Of a stretch of 48,595 nt of DNA, positions 1 to 8,921 are shown piece after piece (position 1 is the first letter of the stretch; each line of letters begins with the position of its first letter). Both the position numbers and the translations under genes were made by a program. Location: IMG/VR virus record IMGVR_UViG_3300025034_000027, positions 1-48,595 of that record, one strand, 5' to 3'. The notes beneath the pieces are model-generated. The model saw only the letters and a list, made by a program, of their open reading frames with translations, had not been told where the DNA came from and searched no databases. The stretch comes from a virus. Lineage: Duplodnaviria; Caudoviricetes.

Positions 1-1667
1 GTTATTATTGCTCTTGCAATTTTCTCATCGATTGTATTTCTACATATGACATCTTTATAAACACAGCTTGCCTTAACACCTATTCTGTGTGACCTGTCCT
101 CTGCCTGCAATCTATCTTCTACTCTGAATGAGTTAGAAAAATAATATTGCAATGTAGCATTCTGCAAGTTAAGACCATACGCTGCTGTGGATGGATTACC
201 AATAAATACTTCATAACCTCCCATCTTAAACTCTGCAAGAATTTGTTCTCTTTCTCGTTGTGGTGTAGCACCGTAATATCTACAGCATTTATAATCTTTC
301 TTTAGTTCATCATAAAGATAGTCTATTTCTGCTACAAACTGTGCCCATAGAATTATCGGTGTTCTAGCTTCTTCAAAGTCTGCCTTTAAAGCTTCTAATT
401 TAACATTTGTTTTACCAATCAATTCACCTCTTGTTCTAAGCAATGCTTTAAAGCCATCTGGAACTATCAATTGGTCATCATCTACAAATGGCACATATTG
501 CTTTTCGTCTCTGTCGTAAACTTCTTTAGTTGGAAAGAAGCCACCACAAATCTGCATTAGTCTTGTAGTCAATGCCACTTTATTCTGTACACTTAGTTCT
601 TTACCTTCATATTCTGCAAGTAACTTTACTCTAAGATTGTTGTATACTTTTTCTTGCTCATCGTTCATATCTACGAAAATCTGTTCGTATACTTTAGGCG
701 GCAAGTCAAGACAATCTTCTTTCTTTACAGAAAAAGTTATAGAATCAATTTGCTGTTTTAATTCATCTAATCTTTTGTACTTAACAAAATCTTCTCTTGT
801 TTCTATGAACTTTATATTCTTTTCAGATACAGAATAACACGCGGCCAAGGTCAAGTAGTCATCATCTGTTAGCTCAATTAAAGTATCATCTGGTAAGTCC
901 ATATTTTCCATTCGTAATTCTGCAAGCTTACTTTCTTTCATTTTACGAATGCCATTCTTTACAATATTCCATGTTTTTTCATCTATTACAGTATTATATG
1001 AACGACCTGTCTTTGCATTTACACCACGCATCATAATACCATAGCGTCTTTGAAAGATGAAAAAATTAACACCAAAGAAATTAGGCTTAAGAAACTCGAA
1101 CATTGACCAAAGACCGAAAGGACTCTTTGTTACAGGTGTTCCTGTAAGTATCATTCTTTCGCCATACTTGTTTATTTTGTGTATTGTTTTGCTACGCTTA
1201 GCTGTCGGTGTCTTTATGCGCGTTGCTTCATCAACAATAGTAAGTATGTTATTATGCTTAACATAAATAGCCACTGTTTTCTCAATTGCTGTCGACTGAA
1301 ATGCTTCAACATTTACACTTAGTACTTTCATTACATCTAACTTTGGTGTTAACAACCCTTCAAGAGCATTTTGAAAAAGATTACCATCTTTCTTTTGCGA
1401 GCTCCAAATTATTGCTTTATAAGGTACCGATAAATGCAATGGTAACTGTTCAATTACCCACTGACTATGCACATTGTTTGGTGCAATAATAAGTATGCCA
1501 TCTATTTCGCCTTTAGCATATTTATATGCTGCAATATCAAGCGACATTTTTGTTTTGCCTGTGCCCATGTCTGCGAATAATGCAGAATAAGGTAGGTCTT
1601 TTAATTTATCAAATGCAACTTTTTGATGTTCATATGGCTCTGTCTTAAATTTAAATTCTTGCCTCAT
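1..1667 (-). CDS. SNF2-family helicase (runs off the left window edge; absent from ORF track)
   Basis: Partial manual translation from ATG 1667 (RBS GAGGAG 1675-1680): FADMGTGKT (motif I), IVDEATRIK (motif II), ILTGTPVTKS (motif III), QAEDRSHRIG (motif VI); all translated segments share one frame down to position 1. Confidence 0.9.
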   Translation of the reverse strand, partial: MRQEFKFKTEPYEHQKVAFDKLKDLPYSALFADMGTGKTKMSLDIAAYKYAKGEIDGILIIAPNNVHSQWVIEQLPLHLSVPYKAIIWSSQKKDGNLFQNALEGLLTPKLDVMKVLSVNVEAFQSTAIEKTVAIYVKHNNILTIVDEATRIKTPTAKRSKTIHKINKYGERMILTGTPVTKSPFGLWSMFEFLKPNFFGVNFFIFQRRYGIMMRGVNAKTGRSYNTVIDEKTWNIVKNGIRKMKESKLAELRMENMDLPDDTLIELTDDDYLTLAACYSVSEKNIKFIETREDFVKYKRLDELKQQIDSITFSVKKEDCLDLPPKVYEQIFVDMNDEQEKVYNNLRVKLLAEYEGKELSVQNKVALTTRLMQICGGFFPTKEVYDRDEKQYVPFVDDDQLIVPDGFKALLRTRGELIGKTNVKLEALKADFEEARTPIILWAQFVAEIDYLYDELKKDYKCCRYYGATPQREREQILAEFKMGGYEVFIGNPSTAAYGLNLQNATLQYYFSNSFRVEDRLQAEDRSHRIGVKASCVYKDVICRNTIDEKIARAII

Positions 1668-2253
1668 CAAATAACTCCTCGTACTTAATATCTAATTTTC
1701 TGTAAATCTTATCAAGGTCTCGTGAAGCAATATAATCTGCAAGCATAACAATTTCTGTTACTGTTGCTTGACTGACTAAAAATGTGTGAGGCATTGCTTC
1801 TGGACAAGACCATATGCCCATGTGTCCTGCTACAGCATTTCGTATGCACTCATATAATGAGTACTTCAGTAATACTAAATATGCTGCATAACCATGCGTT
1901 TTTGTAGTATTTTCTTTACTACGGCCATTCTCATCTGCATTCTGGCCAAACTTCAATATATCATGTAATATACATGCAACAATAATACAATCTTTAATAT
2001 CTTGTTCTGCTATACCAAAGGCTTGCATTAAATCTTCGGCTACTGCTACAGTTAATTTTGTGTGTCTTATTAAGCCACCTTTACCATTAGATATGGCAGG
2101 ATGATATTTGCCACTTGAAGATGCAGGTGCTGTAAAGAAATAATCAGGTACTTCATTGTTAAAGATTGTTAGCACAGTTTCAAGTAAAACTTTATCTTTT
2201 ATCTTAGCAAATTCTTCTTTAAAAGCTATCTCTGCTTTTTCTCTACAAGTCAT
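1651..2253 (-). CDS. HD-domain phosphohydrolase
   Basis: PASSSGKYHP..GGLIRHT..CILHDILK..GHMG..LADY; start moved to ATG 2253 behind a purine-rich RBS. Confidence 0.8.
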   Translation of the reverse strand: MTCREKAEIAFKEEFAKIKDKVLLETVLTIFNNEVPDYFFTAPASSSGKYHPAISNGKGGLIRHTKLTVAVAEDLMQAFGIAEQDIKDCIIVACILHDILKFGQNADENGRSKENTTKTHGYAAYLVLLKYSLYECIRNAVAGHMGIWSCPEAMPHTFLVSQATVTEIVMLADYIASRDLDKIYRKLDIKYEELFDEARI

Positions 2254-2542
2254 AATCTTCCGCCTTGAATGGTTCAGAATTATCATCTACACGATTCTGT
2301 GTAGGCTTCCAAGTGTTTACTTCAAGATAGTGCGTGTTACCAAATTGGTCTGGCTCACGTCTCTTTTTTACATCTACTTTTACTTTGGTATGACCTGCAC
2401 TATTGCCTTTATCAGATACAAAGCCAAACTCTTTACTTGCTTTTGCAAGGTCGTTCAAGTCAATGGTGCATGCGATAATCGACCCACCATCAGGAAAAGT
2501 TCTTGCTTTACCGCTACCAACAAAGATTTTGTCATCACTCAT
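2243..2542 (-). CDS. conserved phage protein, possibly ssDNA-binding
   Basis: Beta-rich, acidic C-terminal tail, RREPDQFGNTHY motif resembling small phage proteins; RBS GGAG. Confidence 0.45.
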   Translation of the reverse strand: MSDDKIFVGSGKARTFPDGGSIIACTIDLNDLAKASKEFGFVSDKGNSAGHTKVKVDVKKRREPDQFGNTHYLEVNTWKPTQNRVDDNSEPFKAEDYDL

Positions 2543-2894
2543 GTTTTAGCTCCTCTGTTATATTCTCTTCTTCTGTAAGTTTAAACTTTGCATTTTGCAT
2601 AGTTTGTTGTTCTTTAACGCGTCGCATTATCTCTTGTTTAGTTTCTAAAGTTACGTTCATCAATTTATGATTGACTAACTTTAAATAATAAACTTCTTCA
2701 TCAAGAACTACTTCTATGCATTGTAATTGACTAATCCATTTTGTTAGTTGTCTGCGTAATCCTTGACCCGCGTCAAGATACCCGCGTCCAGCACTATCAA
2801 TGCTTAGAATACCTTTGTTTTCGATGGCAATACTGTATGGCACATAACCATATCTTTTCATAAGCAACTCCTTATTCTTCTTTAAAAGCGTCAT
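2535..2894 (-). CDS. hypothetical protein
   Basis: ORF overlapping both neighbours in the leftward operon. Confidence 0.55.
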   Translation of the reverse strand: MTLLKKNKELLMKRYGYVPYSIAIENKGILSIDSAGRGYLDAGQGLRRQLTKWISQLQCIEVVLDEEVYYLKLVNHKLMNVTLETKQEIMRRVKEQQTMQNAKFKLTEEENITEELKHE

Positions 2895-4014
2895 CTAATT
2901 TCCAACGTAAAGATACAGGTACTAGTTCATTGCTAAGTTTACTATGTAATGGTCCAAGTTCAAGTTTAAAATTACTAAGTACTTGGATTATTACTTCTGT
3001 GGGTGTAAGTCTAAGTTTTTCTTTAAGATTGTACACTACACTGCTATACTTTTTGCTATGCTTAACAACTCTTTCTACTGTTTCATTGACAATTATAGGC
3101 ACAGCATTGTCATATCTATTAAGAACTTCTTGACGTGCTTTCTCTGTTGCAACTGGTACAGCTGTTTCTGGCGCTTGTGAATAAAATCTATCAGCAACAC
3201 GCTCTGTCAGTTCATCATTATTACTTGATGTGCCTATATAGTATGTGCTCCTTTCTCCTTTCATAACAAGATCTGCAGTAGCTTCTAATGCAGCATCATC
3301 AATATTTTTGATTGACGTCCACATACAACTTGCTAACCATTGTACATTAAAGCTGTCAATTAAACCACGGTCTCTGCCAAGTTCAACATACTCTGGCTTA
3401 AAATCAAAGCCATGGTCAAGTTCAATATTAGGCTTACAAACAAATATTCCACCAACAAATACTTGCCCTCTGAATCTTTCTTCTGTAAGAATTTTACCAT
3501 AGTCTGTGTCATAACCAGCAGGACTTAAATTACTTGTTATAAGTCTATGTTTGAACTTATTAGCCATCATATTGTCTATGCCAGTAAGTACAAAAGTTAA
3601 GTCTTTATTTTTTGTTTGCTTTTCTATAATTGATATTGTTAAAAGATTCGCATTGAACTCACTATTGTAGAAAAAATTAGGAACCCATACTTCGTCTGCA
3701 TTTTGAATGGTAATCTTTATGCCAAGTCTCAATAAAACAATTAAAGCTAACTTATAACCTTCACCAAATTTGCCTCTACATTTCGCATCTTGTTGTTTGT
3801 CACCATTACCAAGAATTAGTGAACTTATATCTAACTTAGTATTCTTTGATTGTACAATAAAATTCTTTGTTCTTTTATGAAAACCTATTGACATAGGGTT
3901 GCCTGTCTTATCAAAATTGTCCATTGCATTTTGTGCTAATTCTCTTATTGCTTCCCATATTCCCCAGTCTATAACATAGTTATCTGATATAGTTAATGTA
4001 ACTATTCTGCTCAT
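2872..4014 (-). CDS. GHKL/HATPase_c-type ATP-binding protein
   Basis: WEAIRELAQNAMD (N-box) and RGKFGEGYKLAL (G-box). Confidence 0.8.
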   Translation of the reverse strand: MSRIVTLTISDNYVIDWGIWEAIRELAQNAMDNFDKTGNPMSIGFHKRTKNFIVQSKNTKLDISSLILGNGDKQQDAKCRGKFGEGYKLALIVLLRLGIKITIQNADEVWVPNFFYNSEFNANLLTISIIEKQTKNKDLTFVLTGIDNMMANKFKHRLITSNLSPAGYDTDYGKILTEERFRGQVFVGGIFVCKPNIELDHGFDFKPEYVELGRDRGLIDSFNVQWLASCMWTSIKNIDDAALEATADLVMKGERSTYYIGTSSNNDELTERVADRFYSQAPETAVPVATEKARQEVLNRYDNAVPIIVNETVERVVKHSKKYSSVVYNLKEKLRLTPTEVIIQVLSNFKLELGPLHSKLSNELVPVSLRWKLDDAFKEE

Positions 4015-4060
4015 TTTCTTTTTTCCTTTTCTATTCTATAGAATAGATTATTCTCAAAGA

Positions 4061-4150
4061 TCCACAGTCATTGACTGTATAGATTATATATAATAAATGA
4101 TATATGAATATCACTTAAATATAATCTTTATCAGTCAATGACTAATTGGA
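4061..4150. repeat. 90-bp double-dyad hairpin element, copy 1
   Basis: AGTCATTGACT at 4066 and AGTCAATGACT at 4133; arms are inverted repeats of ~25 bp. Confidence 0.9.
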
Positions 4151-4154
4151 GATT

Positions 4155-4457
4155 TTATCCTACTATTGTTTTGGGATTGCCAGGGTTTAGTACGGCATCA
4201 GGATAAATGGCAACTAATTGAATATCAAATACGAAACTCTTTGAACCCTTTATTAAAGATACTGCATTTGTATGTCGTTGTGCACTATTGTACTTGCCAT
4301 GATTATCTGATTGCCAACCACATTTGATATATAATGACCGTGACGACGATTTAGGATTTCCAAATTCGTCTAATTGTTCAAATACATCACCAGCTTTAAG
4401 ACGACCAAAAGTCATGCACTTTACTTCATTATTAAATTGCTCATTGTTAATTTTCAT
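4155..4457 (-). CDS. hypothetical protein
   Basis: ATG 4457 with AGGAG RBS (shorter than ORF-track call). Confidence 0.65.
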   Translation of the reverse strand: MKINNEQFNNEVKCMTFGRLKAGDVFEQLDEFGNPKSSSRSLYIKCGWQSDNHGKYNSAQRHTNAVSLIKGSKSFVFDIQLVAIYPDAVLNPGNPKTIVG

Positions 4458-4467
4458 TTCGTAGCTC

Positions 4468-4563
4468 CTATTTATTTCTTTTTTTGCTTTCTTTACCATG
4501 TAGGTATAAGACTATAGCCATAAATAAACCAACACCAAACATTATACCTATTGCTTCAATCAC
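4468..4563 (-). CDS. 31-aa single-pass membrane peptide (not in ORF track)
   Basis: GTG 4563: MIEAIGIMFGVGLFMAIVLYLHGKESKKRNK; G-rich RBS; overlaps upstream stop. Confidence 0.55.
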   Translation of the reverse strand: MIEAIGIMFGVGLFMAIVLYLHGKESKKRNK

Positions 4564-4922
4564 GACATATCCCCCTGAAATTGAGTTATAAAATCAGTCA
4601 TAAAAGTTGTCCATGCTTTTTCATTAAGCAATACTTTTGCTGTATTGCCATTACTTGCTGTTACCAATGCAATACCGATATACTCTTTATTGAAATCTTC
4701 AAGCCAGAATACTGTTGCTAATGCACTGTTTGCTAAACCAATAACATTTTCTCTTATGTGATAAGTCCACATATACTTAAAACAATAATTGCCTAATATT
4801 TTATTAAAATAGTCGGCATTTATTCTTTTACCTTCACGAATTTCTTTTGCAATTAGTTTAGTGTTTGTTTCTGTTTCTTTAATTGCTTCTGGTACTTCTT
4901 TAGTAAATTCAATTTTAAACAT
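4560..4922 (-). CDS. hypothetical protein
   Basis: ATG 4922 with AAGGAG RBS (MFKIEFTKEV...). Confidence 0.65.
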   Translation of the reverse strand: MFKIEFTKEVPEAIKETETNTKLIAKEIREGKRINADYFNKILGNYCFKYMWTYHIRENVIGLANSALATVFWLEDFNKEYIGIALVTASNGNTAKVLLNEKAWTTFMTDFITQFQGDMS

Positions 4923-5074
4923 TTCGTATCTCCTTTTAAGTAGCACAGGCCAAGTAACACTTGACCTGTGCTTGTCGCATTCAATGTCAAAACAATCCTT
5001 GTATAGTGTGATATACTGCATCAGTCAACGACTGATTTAAATGCTTTAAGTAAACCTTCGCTTACTTCTATATT

Positions 5075-5103
5075 ATTATATCATAATATAGAAAACATGT
5101 CAA
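5075..5103 (-). promoter_or_regulatory. consensus sigma70 promoter, leftward
   Basis: TTGACA-17bp-TATAAT with extended -10 TG. Confidence 0.85.
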
Positions 5104-5141
5104 CAAAAACATTTGCTATATATTAAAAATAATATATAGGA

Positions 5142-5408
5142 TTAGCCTTTGACCAACGGTCCAGTTACTTTCCACTCAAGGCCATCTCTTGTGAAACGCG
5201 TTTTAATTTCGTTCATGAATACTCGATTAAACAAATATTCCACGCTCACTTTCTTTACCATAGCTTCACCCGTCAATGGGTTAGTTACTGTAAATGTTAC
5301 AGTTTCTTTGTTCTTGGCAATTGTCATTGCCATGTCAAGTGCAATTGATGTAGTCTTAGCTACCTCTAAGACATCATCAAGTGCTTTCTTTTTCTTACTC
5401 TTTGCCAT
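5142..5408 (-). CDS. hypothetical protein
   Basis: ORF with AAGGAG RBS. Confidence 0.65.
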   Translation of the reverse strand: MAKSKKKKALDDVLEVAKTTSIALDMAMTIAKNKETVTFTVTNPLTGEAMVKKVSVEYLFNRVFMNEIKTRFTRDGLEWKVTGPLVKG

Positions 5409-5418
5409 GTGCTACTCC

Positions 5419-5604
5419 TTAAAGTAAATCAAATATATAATCGGGCTCAAGCCCGAAGTATTCTTCACATATTTCATCTGCACTTGTTAAGTCATTATTG
5501 TCCAAATAACCAATTAAAGCAGTTTTTGCTTCAGCAATAAGATTATCTGCTTCTTCACTTGTTAAGTCATCTCTTTGCATTATTACTTGCTTTAGTTCAG
5601 TCAT
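5419..5604 (-). CDS. small acidic phage protein (C-terminal FGLEPDY)
   Basis: 61 aa, acidic, GGAG RBS. Confidence 0.65.
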   Translation of the reverse strand: MTELKQVIMQRDDLTSEEADNLIAEAKTALIGYLDNNDLTSADEICEEYFGLEPDYIFDLL

Positions 5605-5971
5605 TAGCTTTTACTCCATTATTTTTTCTGTAAACCCAGTTGAGTATAAAAATTATACATACTTTTATAACATAAGGTGATTCTCCAAGCCAATTGGCTT
5701 TTTCTAATACTTCAAGATACTTTGTATCAGCATCTTTGTCAAGAAAATCTTCGTTAAAGTTTGCTAATACAAAGTTTTGATTTATATATTCAGGATACTG
5801 TATGCCTTTTGCAGGTCCACCTGGCCCGCATCCATAGAACTTCCAAATTGGACTTTCTAGTACATTATTACAATCACAACGTGCTAAAAATTCGTATCTT
5901 GTACCATCACCTGGCTCTGTTATTACATGCAGCATCTCTTTTGTCATAACAGTCATTTTGCCTTTTTGCAC
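5597..5971 (-). CDS. hypothetical protein
   Basis: GTG start with AGGAG RBS. Confidence 0.6.
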   Translation of the reverse strand: MQKGKMTVMTKEMLHVITEPGDGTRYEFLARCDCNNVLESPIWKFYGCGPGGPAKGIQYPEYINQNFVLANFNEDFLDKDADTKYLEVLEKANWLGESPYVIKVCIIFILNWVYRKNNGVKAND

Positions 5972-6009
5972 TTAGTCAATCTCCTATAACCGCGGCTGCG
6001 GTAAGTGTA

Positions 6010-6180
6010 TTAAATGTCGTCCTCATTGTATTCTTGGTCGTCATCGTCATACTCTTCGTCGTCATACTCATACTCATAATCTTCGTCTGCATCAAAATCA
6101 TTGTCGTACTCTTCTTCGTTGTCATCATCAACACTTGACATCATATCATCAAGCTCTTCATTCGACATCGTAGTACTCAT
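6010..6180 (-). CDS. extremely acidic 56-aa peptide
   Basis: GAGGAGGAG RBS before ATG 6180; 30 of 56 residues D/E, no K/R. Confidence 0.6.
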   Translation of the reverse strand: MSTTMSNEELDDMMSSVDDDNEEEYDNDFDADEDYEYEYDDEEYDDDDQEYNEDDI

Positions 6181-6307
6181 CCATCTCCTCCTCTGACATG
6201 TCACTAAAATCTAAGTCGTCAAATGCGACTTCCAATTCGTATTTCTTGTCATCAAAGTCCATTGCATCAAAATCTTCTTTTGCTATTTTGATATTTTCGT
6301 ATCTCAT
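6158..6307 (-). CDS. acidic 49-aa peptide (not in ORF track)
   Basis: MRYENIKIAKEDFDAMDFDDKKYELEVAFDDLDFSDMSEEEMDEYYDVE; ATG overlaps upstream TGA (ATGA coupling). Confidence 0.6.
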   Translation of the reverse strand: MRYENIKIAKEDFDAMDFDDKKYELEVAFDDLDFSDMSEEEMDEYYDVE

Positions 6308-6579
6308 GCTATTCCACCTTTGTTCATTGAAGAAAAAGCATTATCGATGGCTGCCTTTCTTGCTACTGCATATACAAAGTCTTTTGCATACTTAAAACCA
6401 CCAACACCTGTGTAAAGCTTACCAACAGTTATCACATTGCCTTTTTTGTCAACCTTCGCGTTACCATCTTCATCTTTACGAAAGCTCTTTAGTTCTACGC
6501 GTACTCTGCTTGTTCCATGCATGCTTTCTGTTACGACAAGCATCTTCTGTTTTACGTTGCCCATCACAAATTCATTCAT
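6304..6579 (-). CDS. hypothetical basic protein
   Basis: AAGGAG RBS. Confidence 0.65.
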   Translation of the reverse strand: MNEFVMGNVKQKMLVVTESMHGTSRVRVELKSFRKDEDGNAKVDKKGNVITVGKLYTGVGGFKYAKDFVYAVARKAAIDNAFSSMNKGGIA

Positions 6580-6603
6580 TCTGTACTCCTTAATAAAATA
6601 TTT

Positions 6604-6912
6604 TTATTGCTTTAATATTCTTGGTATCTCTGGGCTTGACATATGAACCCAGTTTTCAAGACCGTCATATTCATAGCGCTCTGACCAAGTGCCGTCGGCA
6701 TACCAAATAGTACCAAAGACATACTGCTGACCAAAGCCTTCGTCATAATCAAAATCGATTGCATCAAGAAATTTTCGATATTCATTCAATGTAAAATTTT
6801 CTTGCAGTGCAAATATACTTGCTTCTTCAATATCGAATTTGTCATATATCATTGCACACTTTAATTCTTTACCAAAGATATGCGCTTTAAACTCTTTTCT
6901 GCAATTCATCAT
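6604..6912 (-). CDS. conserved phage hypothetical protein
   Basis: YDEGFGQQYVFGTIWYADGTWSERYEYDG motif; start likely coupled to upstream stop at 6909. Confidence 0.65.
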   Translation of the reverse strand: MMNCRKEFKAHIFGKELKCAMIYDKFDIEEASIFALQENFTLNEYRKFLDAIDFDYDEGFGQQYVFGTIWYADGTWSERYEYDGLENWVHMSSPEIPRILKQ

Positions 6913-7130
6913 TTTGTCAGCTCTTCCCATGCCAGTCCAGTGACCTGTTCTAATATTCCCGACAGCCATTCAAGTTCCTTCGTTATCGTGAGCATCTGCC
7001 GTGACTCCTCCGGAAAATCTTTTATTTTTGCTTCCCAATCAAGTCCGATTTCTATCAATGCCTTGAGCATTAGACATTCAGCTGACCCGGGAGTATTCCA
7101 AATTTTCCCCATAACTTCTTTACTTGTCAT
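6909..7130 (-). CDS. hypothetical protein
   Basis: ORF in tight leftward cluster. Confidence 0.55.
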   Translation of the reverse strand: MTSKEVMGKIWNTPGSAECLMLKALIEIGLDWEAKIKDFPEESRQMLTITKELEWLSGILEQVTGLAWEELTK

Positions 7131-7141
7131 TTGCTTATCCT

Positions 7142-7390
7142 TTAGCTATTATAAACTTCGCCGTCTACTTCTGCAATACAGAACCAGGGTATATCTGGAT
7201 GATACGGATAGTCACAGTCCATTCTTTCTGGCAAGCCTTCGAGTTCTTCTTCTGCATACATAACAAGCAGACTGTATTCTACTATAAGTCCTGCATAGCT
7301 TACATATTTCTTATGAATTGTAAGTCCTTCAAGGTCTGCTAGCTCTTCAAGACTCTTTATTCTTATTGTGTGTAGTATGCTCCGTGTCAT
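7142..7390 (-). CDS. hypothetical protein
   Basis: ORF in tight leftward cluster. Confidence 0.55.
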   Translation of the reverse strand: MTRSILHTIRIKSLEELADLEGLTIHKKYVSYAGLIVEYSLLVMYAEEELEGLPERMDCDYPYHPDIPWFCIAEVDGEVYNS

Positions 7391-7659
7391 AGTTTAGCCT
7401 CTGGGCATGTGTCATTCACTTCGCATAATCTGCAGTCGGTATGCGGAAATAAGCATAGCTGCTTGTCGCTTGGCCAAATACAAACAACACCATTTGTTTT
7501 AACTAGTAGTCTGCCTCCAGCTTGCAGACAATTTATTTGATTAACAATTTCTAATAACTCTGTTTCTAAAAGCTTAAGCTCTTTGGCAAGTCTCGCTTGC
7601 TCTCTTTCAAATGCTCCTTGCTTTAATTTAAGCAGCATAATTTGTCTTTCATTATTCAT
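7387..7659 (-). CDS. coiled-coil protein with Cys-rich C-terminus
   Basis: Heptad-like N-terminus followed by C..C..CxxC..C. Confidence 0.55.
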   Translation of the reverse strand: MNNERQIMLLKLKQGAFEREQARLAKELKLLETELLEIVNQINCLQAGGRLLVKTNGVVCIWPSDKQLCLFPHTDCRLCEVNDTCPEAKL

Positions 7660-7867
7660 TAGTATCGCCTGTTATTGTTAGCATTACAGCATCGATTATG
7701 CCATTCTGTATTTCTACAGCATTATTCAATGCTTTCGTAATAAAAGCAACTTGTCTATCTAATTCAACAATTGTTGCAGTCATTTTTAATTCAAACGCTT
7801 CCTGTTTCTTTTTTAGTAGCATTATGTTGTGCTGTAAATCTGCCACTTGCCAATCATTATTTTCCAT
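7652..7867 (-). CDS. hypothetical coiled-coil protein
   Basis: AAGGAG RBS. Confidence 0.6.
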   Translation of the reverse strand: MENNDWQVADLQHNIMLLKKKQEAFELKMTATIVELDRQVAFITKALNNAVEIQNGIIDAVMLTITGDTNE

Positions 7868-7930
7868 TTCGTATCTCCTTTAAGCTAGCGCTTAACAATG
7901 GGCACTCTTTATTGAATGCCCACCATTCTG

Positions 7931-8233
7931 CTATAGCTCGTAACCAAATTCGTCAAGCAGTTCGTTCAGCTCTCGCCGAGTGTCAAGCAACAGCACTAAC
8001 TTAGGCCTTGACAATCTCTTTTTGCAGTAATTCACAAAAGCACCATCTGTTGTTAAATGTACTTCAGGCTCTGTTACAGTAAGTTCTTCGTAATCTTTAA
8101 TGGGCAGCTCTTTAATAAAGTCAATCCTCTTTGCCAACATCCCTGCCGCTTGCTCCGTGCTCAATTTGCAATAAACAAAATGTTTATGCACTTTGCCTGC
8201 ATCATCTGTTTCTTTCATATAGTATGCGTTCAT
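7931..8233 (-). CDS. hypothetical protein
   Basis: ORF in leftward cluster. Confidence 0.55.
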   Translation of the reverse strand: MNAYYMKETDDAGKVHKHFVYCKLSTEQAAGMLAKRIDFIKELPIKDYEELTVTEPEVHLTTDGAFVNYCKKRLSRPKLVLLLDTRRELNELLDEFGYEL

Positions 8234-8240
8234 TTTTTGC

Positions 8241-8435
8241 CTACCTTATGTCCAGAGCTATATTCAGCACTGTTAAGTCTCTAATAGTCTCGCTTTTTAA
8301 GATTATCCGTAATCTATCTTTACGTACCTTGAAAACCATAAGTCCATCTACTTTTCTTAACTTGTCGGCTAGTATGTCAATCCTAGCACTTTGCATACTA
8401 TTTGTCGCCTGTATCTCAATACTGTTACTTTTCAT
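8241..8435 (-). CDS. hypothetical protein
   Basis: ORF in leftward cluster. Confidence 0.5.
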   Translation of the reverse strand: MKSNSIEIQATNSMQSARIDILADKLRKVDGLMVFKVRKDRLRIILKSETIRDLTVLNIALDIR

Positions 8436-8440
8436 ATTAT

Positions 8441-8605
8441 TTACCGCCTGTCCAATGCCTGCAGAGCATCAAGCTTTGCTCTGTACTCAATTAGGCTCTT
8501 CACGGTTTTCTTCGCATACTCTTCGCGTAAAGCCTTGACTCTCCTGTTCTGCTCGCCCTTTGTCGCGGGCTTCACTCGGTACTTGTCTGTGTTGATTTTG
8601 TGCAT
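8441..8605 (-). CDS. small basic protein
   Basis: ATG 8605 with AAGGAG RBS (MHKINTDKY...). Confidence 0.6.
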   Translation of the reverse strand: MHKINTDKYRVKPATKGEQNRRVKALREEYAKKTVKSLIEYRAKLDALQALDRR

Positions 8606-8636
8606 GATATATCTCCTTATAGTTTTTATAGACAAC

Positions 8637-8909
8637 TTAAGCATAATAGCGTGTTGTCTTATTGCCAAATTCATCGAAACTGTCAACCATTTTCGACCGC
8701 CCAGAATGTGCAAACAAATACTCTGTCAACTCTGAACAATTGATATAAAGCTGTCTGCCCACGTGTATAGCCCTTAGCTTCCTAAATCTGTTGCCAAGTC
8801 TTATTGCCAAGCGTATCGCTTGTTCTGACCGTCCAACAATTATTGCGAAACTTTCTACAGAATAGTACTGCTCGCCATTTATGATTATCTTATTATATAC
8901 TTCTGTCAT
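8637..8909 (-). CDS. excisionase-like/MerR-type HTH DNA-binding protein
   Basis: YYSVESFAIIVGRSEQAIRLAIRLG..LRAIHVGRQLYI fits the HTH_17-type pattern; GGAGG RBS. Confidence 0.7.
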   Translation of the reverse strand: MTEVYNKIIINGEQYYSVESFAIIVGRSEQAIRLAIRLGNRFRKLRAIHVGRQLYINCSELTEYLFAHSGRSKMVDSFDEFGNKTTRYYA

Positions 8910-8921
8910 AACTACCTCCAG

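Noticed and set aside
4061-4150. Canonical integron attC or standard sigma70 promoter as identity of the 90-bp element
   Set aside because: Lacks RYYYAAC/GTTRRRY ends, and TTGACT is only 12 bp from the TATAAT-like box; kept as an unexplained element
8637-8909. Excisionase indicating a temperate lifestyle
   Set aside because: No integrase, att site or CI-like repressor in the window; a generic HTH is more parsimonious
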